Positions 1 to 10,675 of a stretch of DNA of 64,000 nucleotides are shown here, piece by piece. Both the position numbers and the translations under genes were made by a program. Source of the stretch: Glycera tridactyla (lineage: Eukaryota); assembly GCA_965644265.1 (NCBI GenBank), contig OZ286459.1:33108001-33172000 (forward strand), in the 5' to 3' direction. The notes beneath the pieces were generated by a model. It had not been told where the DNA came from and searched no databases. It saw nothing but the letters and a program-made list of their open reading frames with translations. How positions within the stretch are numbered: position 1 is the first letter of the stretch; every line of letters starts with the position of its first letter.

Positions 1-423
1 CTGATCGACGGTCACCCTGAAACAGAAGGGGAGGATATTAATCACTGGTTCTCTGATCTTGTCAAGAATAAGCTCAAGGTTGAGCTGGCTGCCAGTGATA
101 TTATATTTGTCACAAGAACAGGTCAGGGGAATCTCGATAAACCCAGGGCTATACTGGTGAAATTCCTATCAACTGAAGTAAAGCTGAGGGTCTATCTGAA
201 TAGGATGAAACTTAGAGGTACAACACGCGAAATCTACATCCGTGAATTTCTTACGAAGTCTCGTTCGAATCTACTCTACAAGCTGCGTGACGCAGTTCGA
301 CAGAAGAAGCTTCACAAGCAATGGTCTTTTGGTGGAGAGATATTTGCGATCGTCAAACCTGGTCAACAACCGACGAAAATTCGCAACGAACAGTATCTGA
401 ATACTTTGATCTCACCGCAGTAA
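1..423 (+). CDS. LINE ORF1 C-terminal part (L1-ORF1p-like RRM/CTD nucleic-acid-binding protein), partial
   Basis: Frame 1 is open from base 1 to TAA 421-423: LIDGHPETEGEDINHWFSDLVKNKLKVEL...KPRAILVKF...IYIREFLTKSRSNLLYKLRDAVRQKKLHKQWSFGGEIF. This matches the GxPE / KPRxIxVKF / IxExLT / WxxxGxIF pattern of invertebrate LINE ORF1 proteins and lies directly upstream of ORF2. Confidence 0.8.
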   Translation: MIDGHPETEGEDINHWFSDLVKNKLKVELAASDIIFVTRTGQGNLDKPRAILVKFLSTEVKLRVYLNRMKLRGTTREIYIREFLTKSRSNLLYKLRDAVRQKKLHKQWSFGGEIFAIVKPGQQPTKIRNEQYLNTLISPQ

Positions 424-839
424 TAGTCCACTCTCAGTCTGTGTACTTCCGGAATTTCAAGAATATTTTTCTCAAATTCTTCTATAAAGTATTCTACAAT
501 ATTCATATTATGGGCAACCCTGTCACCCAGTGGAAAAGAAAATAACTTTTACCATCTAATAACAGCTATGGCTACGGATTCAAGCTATTTTTTTTCTTGG
601 ATTTTTGACCAGAAGATTTAAATGAAGTATATCTTGGATCATATTTAATCTTGTCTAGACAATTGAAAAGACTGGTACAAGTACCTCATGCAGCATTCTA
701 TACCTATGTAACAAGGAAGAATTCAACTAATCTCGTGTTATGCCTATTCTTGACATATACATCGCTGTAAAGTTTGCAGAGATATGTATTTTTTAACTAG
801 AATCCTTATCCTATAAGCTATTTGCCATGCTTCAATGAA

Positions 840-3800
840 ATGCAATTTGTTATGATTTTATTAACTATGTATAGAAACGAAGTTTATGTGTCTACTCATC
901 ATATCGGTACCTGCTCTAAGCTCTCATTAACGACTCTTCACTGTATGTTATATGCTCAAAGGTTACTACAGAGTGGTGATGTTGAACTGAATCCTGGCCC
1001 AACTGCACAAAAAAGTTCATTGTATTCGACAATGAGCGATGTTTGTAATTTGCAGGGCCTGAAATTAGCTCATCAGAACATTTGTAGCCTGAAACCAAAG
1101 ATAAATATGTTGAGACACCTATTGTCAACGGTGAACATTCAAGTCTTGACTATCTCGGAGAGTTGGTTGACTCCAAAGGTTCGAGACTTTGAAATAGATC
1201 TGGAAGATTTCAATCTATTGTGCCAGGATAGATTCCGTGTACCTGCTAAGAGAGGTGGTGGCTTAGTCACATATTTCAAATCAAATCTGCAATTATCGTC
1301 AATTCCAGACTTGTCTATATGTACCAGAAATATTGAATGTCAAGCAATGCTTCTTGAACTGCAGAGATCTAGAAAGACTTATATATTCAATATTTACAGG
1401 CCTCCTGATGGTGACCTCTCGGAAGCTCTTTTTGAGCTAAGTCAAAAACTGAATGAACTGGATCACATACCCTCCAAAGACATTCTAGTTTTTGGTGACT
1501 GTAATGTCGACTATTTGAAAAGTAGCCCATCGAAAACATCTCTTAAACGTTTTGAAAGTACTCATGGTCTAACCCAGTTGATTGACAGACCAACTCGTTT
1601 GACCTTGACAACATCGACCTTGTTGGATATTATTATGGTCAATAGAGTGGATATGTTTAATCGTTCTCTGGTCTTAGACACAGGGATTAGTGACCATGAC
1701 CTGGTAATGACTTCACGCAAACATTCAAAAATTTCTAAAGAAAAGGTCTCAATACGTGCAAGAAATTTCAAGAAGTACAACAAAGAAATCTTCTGTCAAG
1801 AACTAGAAATTGCACTATCGGGTTTTACTTTTACTGATGATTTGTCTGCAGATTTCGACAGTTTCCTTCATATATTTCTACAAGTATGTGATAATATGTG
1901 TCCCTACAAGTCAATGAGTGTGCGCATTGAGAATGTCCCATGGTTGACCGAAGAATATGTTGCAATGATGCATACCTTCAGAGAGGCCAGGAGGATTGCA
2001 AGAACATCTGGAAGGAATGAGGATGTAGAATTTTCGAATAACATCCGAAATGCAAAAAATGCACTTGCAAACTCATTGAAGAAATCATATTTCAATCAGA
2101 AACTAGAAGAGGCTAAAGGTGATTCAAAAAAGACTTGGAAAATTTTTCGTGATCTGTTGTCTATGAAATCTAAGTCGGTACAAATAACTGAACTGTCTGG
2201 TTTGACTGATTCTAATGAAATGGCCAATGAATTTAATGATTTCTTCATTAACGTCGGGCCTAACTTATGTGAAAAAATCACGGGTGAAGGTCTTCAGGCT
2301 GAACCTCCTCTTACAGTATCTGATGTACCCTTTTCTTTTGAATTACCAACAATAGAAACTGTTACAGATTTCCTTGCAACACTCCCAATGGGTAAGCCAA
2401 CAGGATTGGCTGGAATTTATTCATGCCATATACGGGACTCTGCAAATGTTATAAACCATCTACTGCATGAATTTGTTGTACGGAGTATGAATACGGGTAT
2501 TTTTCCTGATTCTTGGAAGATCTCACAGGTGACCCCGCTATTCAAGGAGGGAGAGAGAAATGATCCATCAAACTACAGACCTATTTCAATCTTGCCTTTC
2601 ACATCAAAATTAATCGAGAAAATTGTTCACAAACAACTCTATGATTTCTTTACGATACATTCTCTTTTTAACAAATCTCAATCTGGGTTCAGGAAGCTCC
2701 ATTCAACTGAAAGTTCTTTACTCTATATTACAAACGAAATACTCTCTCAAATTGACAAAGGTAACCTTACTGCCATGGTTTTTCTTGATTTCAAAAAAGC
2801 CTTTGACACGGTTGACCACGCGAGGCTTCTTTTCAAATTGCAGAAATATGGTGTCACTGGCTCTGAGCTCAACTGGTTCAGGTCCTTTTTAGTAGATAGA
2901 AGGCAACGCGCGACAGTGAACGGGTCACTAAGTGAGAAACGAAGGGTCACCTGTGGGGTCCCCCAAGGATCAACTCTCGGTCCTCTTCTCTTCATCATCT
3001 ACATCAATGATATTGATCTTGTGTTGAAGTATGCCAAATGCTCTTTATATGCAGATGATACTGCCCTGTATTTATCAGGTAAAAATCTGCCTGAAATCGC
3101 ACATAAAGTTCAACAAGATCTGGATGACATAGAGAGATGGCTGGTAACCAATAAGTTGTTCCTAAATGTACGTAAAACAAAGTGTATGTTGTTTGGCAGC
3201 CGACCTTTAGTATCAATACAAAGTCCTCTAAGACTTGAAATGGAAGGACTTGTTATTGAGCAAATTTCTGACTTCAAATATCTAGGCGTGGTCCTTGACC
3301 CCAACCTGACCTTTTCATGTCATGTAGAAAAGCTCATAGCAAAAACAAGTCAGAGACTCTATATGCTATCTAGATCACGATCTTTTATCTCTATGTCGGC
3401 TGCTCTTCAACTATATAACAGCTTATCTGTTCCACTGTTAGATTACTATGATACAGTATATTCCAGTATAAGTGCTGGAGATGCCTACTCGTTACAAGTC
3501 CTGCAGAACAAAGCATGTAGAATTATTTTGCTTACCAACAGATGGTCAAGCACTGATGAGATGCACTCCAGATTAAATCTCTTACGTCTAAACGAAAGGA
3601 GGGAACTCCACTTAATCTCCCGAGTGCAGAGCTGCCTAAATGGTAGATGTCCAGAATATCTGGCTAATTTGATTGAGCCTACCAGGGATATTCACCAACA
3701 TGGTACCAGAGGAGCTACAGAGTCCTATCTGGCATTACCATTGACCAGGACTTCCTATGGGCAGAAAGCATTTGCTTTTGCAGGTCCCAAGGCATGGATA

Positions 3801-3890
3801 TGTACACCTACAGAAATCAGACAGAAATCATCTTTATCACCAGGTGTTTTCTCAAGACATGTGATTGATTGGATTAATGAGAGGAAATAG
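840..3890 (+). CDS. LINE ORF2: apurinic-like endonuclease plus reverse transcriptase (1016 aa from the first ATG; frame open from 822)
   Basis: Endonuclease motifs ISESWL, IYRPP, GDCN, LDII, SDHDLV. RT motifs YRPISILP, QSGFRK, FLDFKKAFDTVDH, GVPQGSTLGPLLFIIYIND, YADDT, YLGV. No stops or frameshifts. Confidence 0.96.
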   Translation: MQFVMILLTMYRNEVYVSTHHIGTCSKLSLTTLHCMLYAQRLLQSGDVELNPGPTAQKSSLYSTMSDVCNLQGLKLAHQNICSLKPKINMLRHLLSTVNIQVLTISESWLTPKVRDFEIDLEDFNLLCQDRFRVPAKRGGGLVTYFKSNLQLSSIPDLSICTRNIECQAMLLELQRSRKTYIFNIYRPPDGDLSEALFELSQKLNELDHIPSKDILVFGDCNVDYLKSSPSKTSLKRFESTHGLTQLIDRPTRLTLTTSTLLDIIMVNRVDMFNRSLVLDTGISDHDLVMTSRKHSKISKEKVSIRARNFKKYNKEIFCQELEIALSGFTFTDDLSADFDSFLHIFLQVCDNMCPYKSMSVRIENVPWLTEEYVAMMHTFREARRIARTSGRNEDVEFSNNIRNAKNALANSLKKSYFNQKLEEAKGDSKKTWKIFRDLLSMKSKSVQITELSGLTDSNEMANEFNDFFINVGPNLCEKITGEGLQAEPPLTVSDVPFSFELPTIETVTDFLATLPMGKPTGLAGIYSCHIRDSANVINHLLHEFVVRSMNTGIFPDSWKISQVTPLFKEGERNDPSNYRPISILPFTSKLIEKIVHKQLYDFFTIHSLFNKSQSGFRKLHSTESSLLYITNEILSQIDKGNLTAMVFLDFKKAFDTVDHARLLFKLQKYGVTGSELNWFRSFLVDRRQRATVNGSLSEKRRVTCGVPQGSTLGPLLFIIYINDIDLVLKYAKCSLYADDTALYLSGKNLPEIAHKVQQDLDDIERWLVTNKLFLNVRKTKCMLFGSRPLVSIQSPLRLEMEGLVIEQISDFKYLGVVLDPNLTFSCHVEKLIAKTSQRLYMLSRSRSFISMSAALQLYNSLSVPLLDYYDTVYSSISAGDAYSLQVLQNKACRIILLTNRWSSTDEMHSRLNLLRLNERRELHLISRVQSCLNGRCPEYLANLIEPTRDIHQHGTRGATESYLALPLTRTSYGQKAFAFAGPKAWICTPTEIRQKSSLSPGVFSRHVIDWINERK
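978..1001 (+). other. 2A-like (StopGo/ribosome-skipping) motif D-V-E-L-N-P-G-P at the ORF2 N-terminus
   Basis: GAT GTT GAA CTG AAT CCT GGC CCA in the ORF2 frame, preceded by LLQSG; exact match to D[V/I]ExNPGP, upstream of the endonuclease domain. Confidence 0.88.
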
Positions 3891-4169
3891 TTGGTTATTG
3901 ATTGATGTCTATGATAACTCCAAGAAATCGAGTAACATTTATATATATATGTATACGTATCACTTATTCTCTGACAAGTCAACATTTGCAGTCATGTAAA
4001 TCGTGAGTGACTAGGAATATCAAATCTCATTTTTTTAACTTATTATTGATGTTATTACATGGTATATTGGTCAGTAATTAGTGTATTATTCACCAGTAGA
4101 TTCTACTCGGATGTGTCATTTGACACCTGCATATTTTCTCATCATGCCGTGAGTACACCAGGATCCTTG

Positions 4170-4265
4170 TACCACGGACGCTACTAATCATCTGTACTAA
4201 CATACTGATGTAATGTTCCGTGGTATTTCTAAATAAATGTCTCTCAATCTCAATCTCAATCTCAA
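4170..4265 (+). other. LINE 3' terminal stem-loop, poly(A) signal and hexanucleotide tail
   Basis: TACCACGGA (4170-4178) pairs perfectly with TCCGTGGTA (4217-4225); AATAAA follows, then CTCAATCTCAATCTCAATCTCAA. Confidence 0.7.
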
Positions 4266-4320
4266 ATTCACCTGCCTGGTGGATGGGTGACAAATGATAA
4301 TACATGCAATGAAGTATTAT

Positions 4321-4721
4321 CATGATTCCTACAGAATTTTTGAATTGAATTTAGTGACTTTTTCAAGACTTTTTAAGGCTGAGAGCCATTTTCATGGACT
4401 CTAAAATCCATTCGCGATAGTTCATGAATCTGCCATTTGAGTTTTATCATGCTTGCCTCACACTAGTGTTCTTCATCGCCACTGACTTTTTGGTGCAGAA
4501 CCAGTCTCGATAGTTGCAAAACCTGCCAATATTAAGGTGGTGCTTGGCATATCACTGAAAATTTGAACTTTCCAGTGACAATTGTTGGAAGAATTTTCAG
4601 GGACTTAAAGCAAATTCTAAAGACTTTCTTCTGCAGATATCTGCATCTTTTATGGTAGTGATCAGATTCAAAGACTTTTTACAGACTCTTTTTAAAGACT
4701 TTTAAGGCTGTGCTGACCATG
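4321..4721. mobile_element. ~400-bp non-autonomous TIR element, older copy of the family at 33100-33525
   Basis: Shares blocks such as TTTTGAATTGAATTTA, CACTAGT..., CACTGAAAATTTG and AAGGCTGTG..ACCATG with 33100-33525. Confidence 0.6.
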
Positions 4722-5307
4722 GATATTATGGCAGCAGGTGGAATTTTGATGGGGCAGGTGGATTTGGAAAATATTTGCTTGCTGGACAGATGAATATATA
4801 TTTCTCATGTTTTCCCTCCCTGCATGATATGTCTGGTATAGTGAATCAAATCATCAACTACAGTGAGTACTGATGGGAACTGCTTCTCAACGAGCTTGAT
4901 GATTGGTTGGCTAATCCAACCAATGATAAGCTTGCAATTGGTTGGAGCTCGATGGTAAATGCATGACTGTTGGGGTGACAAAAAACATGTCACAATGGCA
5001 AATGACCACCAGATTATTTCTAAATATTCTCAAGCAAAATGACCTGAGAAATATTGAACATCATGAAAAATCATTTGATTACTGTATATCTTTGGGTTCT
5101 ATTTGTGTGTTATGGGAGACAAAACTACGAAAATGTGATGAATCTTTGCCGAATGCAAGCCAAATAAAGAGCAGCGTCTGTTTAATTAAATCGCTATATT
5201 TCTCTCCGACAGGACTGTTGGGAGTTTTCACTGATGACTACTGTGTGTAATATCAGCCATCTCTCCATGAATACTTGTCAGAACTGCATGAATCATATAC
5301 AAATGTA

Positions 5308-5467
5308 CATTGAAACCTCTTTTGAGAGATCCCTCTTTTCAGAGACTGCTTTTCATCAGTTCTTTTCTATTTGGTATAGTCAAATATATCTCCAAGGAGA
5401 GACCACCTCTCTTAAGAGACCACTTTTGGTTGGCAATCGGGCTGGTTTCCCGAGAGAGGTTTTATTG
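5308..5467. mobile_element. CAGT-type TA-flanked MITE, family B, degenerate
   Basis: TA-CATTGAAACCT...AGGTTTTATTG-TA, with internal GAGACCACCTCT motifs. Confidence 0.7.
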
Positions 5468-5754
5468 TATTTCTATACTTGCGGGACCCTCCCTACATGC
5501 ATGTGAAGACAGGCATGTATATTCCAAATAATTTCTTCACAAATTGAGAGAGAAGTTGCCTGCTGGCCTTGACAACATGAACGCTATACTGGTCTATAGT
5601 TGCTGTTGATTTGTGGCAGTAATAGAGTTAATACATGGCAGTGATAGAGTTAACATGAGGAACATATTATTGGATGAAAAGTCAGCGAGCAAATACAGGT
5701 GGTCAATAAAGTGAAGACTGAGCTACTGGGTAAAAATGAACAAACTAAAATATA

Positions 5755-5932
5755 CAGTCGAACCTGTCTATAAAGACCGCCTTCGGTCACACCGGAAAGC
5801 GGTCTTTATGGGCAGGTGGTCTTTATAGAGAGGTCATCTACTGTTGAAAATACTATCATGGTCGCACCTCAGGGTGGTCTTTATAGGCAGGTGGTCTTTA
5901 TAGAGAGGTGGTCTTTAGAGCAGGTTCGACTG
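5755..5932. mobile_element. MITE family A (Tc1/mariner-pogo-like, TA target duplication), 178 bp
   Basis: TIRs CAGTCGAACCTG / CAGGTTCGACTG, TA on both sides, repeated AGGTGGTCTTTATAG units. Confidence 0.9.
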
Positions 5933-6280
5933 TATATGGCAAAAGAGCAAGTGACTATAGTGGTAGTCGATATGATTCTATATCTTCCTTCATGATATGA
6001 TAGATGTGGTTGTGAAAGCTCTAACATGAACAAATGTATAAATGACTGTATCCACAAGCTGGGTTGAAAGATATCATCCCAGCTCCTGATAAACAGGAAA
6101 GAGATGCCTACAAAAACTGGTCCTACAGAAGAGCTGGTTTCTCATTGGAGGTATATATTCGACTATGTCAAAAAGACAAGAAGGATCATGATTGGCTGTC
6201 TCACGAAACGACTTGTCTCTCATAGCAGCTTTTATTGAATCTGGTGGTGAGAATGTTGACATAAAGAACACTTGACTAGT

Positions 6281-6420
6281 TGGTTGGTATTTTCAAGTCC
6301 TGTGAGCACCGTCTGGGCTATATTGAGACAACCATGGAAAGGGCATGGGTGAGATCATTCAAGACTCCTTCAAGGTGCCAAATGGAAGGCACAATTCATG
6401 AAATTCACAGACACTCAAAC
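6281..6420 (-). mobile_element. SINE-like retroposon 3' fragment with (AACC)n tail, same family as 23271-23434
   Basis: TTGGTTGG...GGCTATATTG...CATTCAAGACTCC...ATGAAATTCACAGACACTCAA is shared with 23271-23434 and ~49310-49432. Confidence 0.55.
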
Positions 6421-6781
6421 CATTCAAGACCAATGAATTATCATGAAAGAATATACATGTTAATCATGAAGGTAGATATTGTGCTGCCTGCCCTGCTCTA
6501 GGCTGGAGAGATCAAGTTCTATGGTGTTAACATAAAGAACAGTATAGGTGACTAGATTTGGCAGGGATGATATACCAATGAACAAACACTGAGACATGTA
6601 GACATGTGTGCCACACCCGCACACAACTGGCTATCTATTGACATTGGACAGTGGATCACTGAAAATCTGACCTCATTTTTACACTATGATGAACTGTAAT
6701 TTTATACGTCCATTCCACATTTTTGACTACTGTGTAGTGTCATGTAAGGAATCGCCATAGGAAATTCCAACATTTACAATA

Positions 6782-6958
6782 CAGTTAAACCTGTGACGAG
6801 AGACTGCCCTGAATGTCACCAAAAAGTGGTCTCTCAAAAGAGGTGGTCTCTCGTCGGAGGTATATTTGACTATATCAAATACAAAAGCTGTCATGATAAA
6901 GTGGTCTCCTGTCAGAGGTGACCTCTCATCAGGGGGTCTCTCTTTGCAGGTTTTACTG
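6782..6958. mobile_element. MITE family B, 177 bp, TA-flanked
   Basis: TA-CAGTTAAACCTG...CAGGTTTTACTG-TA; collinear with 37469-37645. Confidence 0.88.
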
Positions 6959-7852
6959 TATGATAGAAATTTCGCCTATCCCGTCTTTCTCAAATTGAAA
7001 TTCTTCTTTTCTATCTGGCCTAAAAAGAGTAGCTGCTACTATTAAATCGTAGTGGTTAGCATCTGTGATATCCCTGGGGTACAGGAGTCAGCTGAACTTG
7101 TCAGGTTAAGCTCATGATACCATGATGTATGTACCCCGATCAGTCCTATAATAGTCCTAAAGTCAACCCTGATTGCATTTCTATTGACTGCTTCTTGCCC
7201 TTGGTGCATCCTAATTCTCATCACTTGTACGCGCTACCACTTGACCAAATTGTGTGGTTGCTTTATGCGTTTTGAGATTTCTGCGTTGACACAAAAGCAA
7301 AATGTCCATCAGCAATTCTTGGTGAAATCGTTACCCAGGGAGCCTCAGCCTGAATCAACTTTGCTTCAATCTCCCTCATTTCAATCTTCTTCAAAGTGAT
7401 CAATATGATGATCGAGGAGGATGCCTCTTGAAATTCTTCAAGCTAAATTGGTTTGAGATGGTTCCAACTTCTGCCAGATGATGAAAGCTAAGAAATATCT
7501 CTAGTCCCCTCAACCTTTGACACAAAGTCCATTTTTTTCAAAACAATGCAATTTCACCCAAGAATCACCACCAAAAACTGACACACTGCTGAACTGATGA
7601 GTGAACATCTTTTCCAATACACAGAAGCATGTGTATGGAATTTGGTGGTGGTAGGGGCCATAATTGCTGAGTTACAGACTCCAATGAAAGGCTTTGACGC
7701 AATCATTGCCGCAACAACATGGAGCGAATTGAAGGTGAAGAAGCCCATTCTATATCATTCCCGATGATAAATGGCACAGGTGCACAAGATCTGGTGACTG
7801 TTGAAGCCTAGGCAGTTGAGTTAGAAGGTTCAATAAAAACTTTCATGTAAAA

Positions 7853-8209
7853 CCTTGCAGCAGCAAAATCTTTGACATAAAACTTTGCAGCAGTGTGAAT
7901 GCTGATGCTGATGCCAGGGCAAGGACATGACCTCTATATCAAGAAACAATCCTGCAGCAACAAAAACTTTGATACAGTGCAAATGCCAACGCTGACACCG
8001 AGGCAAGGACATCACCTCTCATCAAGAAACAATCCTGCAGCAACAAAAACTTTGATACAGTGCAAAACACCGACACTGACACCAGGGCAGGACATGACCT
8101 CTCATTGAGAAACAATCCTGCAGCAGCAAAAACTCTGACATAGAACTTTGTGATACTAATAATGCCTACGCTGACGCTGGGGGGAGGATATTACCTCTCA
8201 TCAAGATAC
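7853..8209. repeat. Minisatellite with an 83-bp unit, about 4 diverged copies
   Basis: (A/G)AGAAACAATCCTGCAGCA recurs at 7941, 8024 and 8107, an 83-bp period; the flanking copies are more diverged. Confidence 0.8.
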
Positions 8210-8574
8210 AGGTTGTCACTATAGTATAGTAATTTGTTCCATTATTCATAGCTCTATATTCCCCAACATTTATTCACATGCATTAAGCAGAAGCATGTGG
8301 GTATGTTCCCTAGGGAATCTAATAGTGGAGATAGTTCCATGATCGCACCATCTTTGTGTTTCCGAAAGGATGGCTCCTTCGCTGGCAAGTGGTTCCTGGC
8401 CACAACTATGGTGCATATTGATCATTAGTAACATTGACAAGCTGTCCTCACACAGGAAATGGGTGCCATAGGATCGACCCAACTACCACCATCATCGGCC
8501 AACTGTGACATGCGATATAGTCAGGTTTTTTATAAGGTCACAGTTGTGTGTCATTCCTAGGGGAGGTCCTGGTT

Positions 8575-8588
8575 GGTGTGTGGTGTGT

Positions 8589-8647
<59 letters not shown>
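8575..8647. repeat. (TG)n microsatellite next to an assembly gap
   Basis: Long TG run followed by the N block at 8662-8856. Confidence 0.95.
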
Positions 8648-8650
<3 letters not shown>

Positions 8651-8661
8651 AATGTGGTTGT

Positions 8662-8856
8662 NNNNNNNNNNNNNNNNNNNNNNNNNNNNNNNNNNNNNNN
8701 NNNNNNNNNNNNNNNNNNNNNNNNNNNNNNNNNNNNNNNNNNNNNNNNNNNNNNNNNNNNNNNNNNNNNNNNNNNNNNNNNNNNNNNNNNNNNNNNNNNN
8801 NNNNNNNNNNNNNNNNNNNNNNNNNNNNNNNNNNNNNNNNNNNNNNNNNNNNNNNN
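8662..8856. other. Assembly gap; other gaps at 25417-25579, 35791-35943, 36516-36794, 37890-38034, 38828-38956 and 39057-39193
   Basis: Runs of N. Confidence 0.99.
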
Positions 8857-10213
8857 GTGAATGGTTTGTGTTTATGTGCAAGTGAGTGTTTGTGCATGCA
8901 AATTTGTGTGTTGTTTTTGTGTGTGCATGTGCGTGTGGGGATGAGGGTGGGGGTGCAATTGGTGTTCTATTCTGGCAGGGACTTGGTGTCTAGGCATTCA
9001 TCCATGATGTAGAAGAGTTATAACAGAGCCATTACATGTGTATAATGCCGCCATGAAAGGCCCAACGACACACCTTACCACCTCTTGCCACCCATCATCT
9101 ATAGTATACACACACATGTATAGGTGCACCAGTATCTGTGTTAAGTCTCCAAAATTGGCCACTCTCCCAAATCTGAGGGAGAGTAAACATGATATAAGGA
9201 GAGTGAATAGCCCAAACTCACTCTCCCAATAGTGCCAATGGGAGAATGCTATTTTTCCAGAGGATAACAGAGTGGTACATTAACTGTGAACAAATTTATT
9301 CAACCTCGAAATATTCCTTAGTGAAATGCAGGAGGTATAATGAAATGTCAGGTGGTGAGTCTACATTGGGATCTAGAGCCATCCAATTCTGGGGAGGGAA
9401 TCCACTACTGCTATAAATTTATCATCACAAAATTAATTATGGCTGAGCGGAGTTGGTAGGTTGACATGCATCATATGTATTAATTATAGTTCCCATGACA
9501 TAAATGCCCAAATGAAATCAGAGCTTGTGGTTGGTATAATCACGGATTGAATTAGATTAACAATACCATTCATCAGTGCTGTAATTATAGTTTTAAAAAA
9601 CAACAAACAACTACATTGTCAAACTATTTTTGAATGACATACTCACAGCTGAAGCTGCGAGAGATTCACCAACCAACAACCTTAATTATGTCACTACACT
9701 TATACTAGTGTTTCATACTTTGTGCTTTCCCCCTATATCGACCACCTGTGACAAAGGACAAAGATCCTAATAAAGTCTAACCTGTCCATAAAAACCACCC
9801 AGTCACATAAAAAAGTGGACTTTATAGAGGTCATTTCACATTTGCTGTGAAGCTCAGGGTGGCCTCCATAGGCAGGTGGCGTTCATAGATGTGGTCTCTC
9901 TGAGCAGGTTTGCTGGTATTATTGGTACCCTATGGTGGATTAAGTTATTCATAAACAGTTGAATAACGTCTCCAGATGGGGGTAGTAGTACATCCACCTC
10001 CACACCCTGAATTATACAATATTACCTGTGCCTAATGTTTACTAACACAGCCCTAAATTAACTCAAGTCCTGTGTATGCTTGTGCAACAACTGCGTGGAG
10101 CCATCACCTGCTTGGAGCAGTTCTACAATCCTGACCACCAGCCAGGGCTCTATGATGGCCAAAATATTGAGGAACCAGCTCGCTCCTATTTCCATATTTT
10201 TGGTAGCCATATA

Positions 10214-10390
10214 CAGTCAAACCTGTCTATAAAGACCGCCTTCGGTTGCATCAAAATGCGGTCTTAATGGGCAGGTGGTCTTTATATAGAGGTCATTCAC
10301 TGTTGAAAATACTACCACGGTCACAGCTCAGGTGGTCTTTAGAGAGAGGTGGTCTTTATAGAGAGGTGGTCTTTAAAGCAGGTTCGACTG
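10214..10390. mobile_element. MITE family A, 177 bp
   Basis: TA-CAGTCAAACCTG...CAGGTTCGACTG-TA; by eye about 90-95% identical to 50908-51084. Confidence 0.9.
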
Positions 10391-10499
10391 TAGATTAATG
10401 TCAGGTAGCCAATCAATACATTGTCAAATCCAACATCTAATAATTTTAGGAGCCATTGGCTAACTTTTGATATATGGTGGCCTGAGAGTGAATTTAGTA

Positions 10500-10675
10500 C
10501 AGTGAAACCTGCGATGAGAGACCCCCCGACGAGAGATCACCTCCAACAGGAGACCGCTTTTCGAGGGCAGCTTTTCTATTTGACATAGTTAGATATACCT
10601 CCTACAAGAGACCACCTCTTTTGAGAGACTGCTTTTTGGTGTCATTTAGGGGGTCTCTCGTCGCAAGTTTCACTG
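10500..10675. mobile_element. MITE family B, 176 bp
   Basis: TA-CAGTGAAACCTGCGATGAGAG...CTCTCGTCGCAAGTTTCACTG-TA. Confidence 0.9.

Larger units (their letters stand above)
1..4265 (+). mobile_element. Non-LTR retrotransposon of the CR1/L2 group (CR1/L2/Crack/Daphne-like), 5' end outside the window
   Basis: ORF1 tail (1-423), AT-rich spacer, uninterrupted APE+RT ORF2, then a 3' UTR ending in AATAAA (4232-4237) and a (TCAATC)n/(ATCTCA)n tail rather than poly-A. Confidence 0.93.

Noticed and set aside
916-3985. Short antisense and alternate-frame ORFs overlapping LINE ORF2
   Set aside because: Shadow ORFs of 60-90 aa from the coding strand's codon pattern, with no independent features.
7042-7748. 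Coding-looking stretch with several short ORFs on both strands
   Set aside because: All frames are interrupted, with no recognisable motif and no convincing splice-site pair; it may be a decayed retroelement but I cannot support that.
8492-9012. ORFs with HTHT/VCVC runs and X stretches (also at ~12.1, 25.2-25.7, 35.7-39.3 kb)
   Set aside because: Artefacts of (CA)n/(TG)n microsatellites and N gaps.
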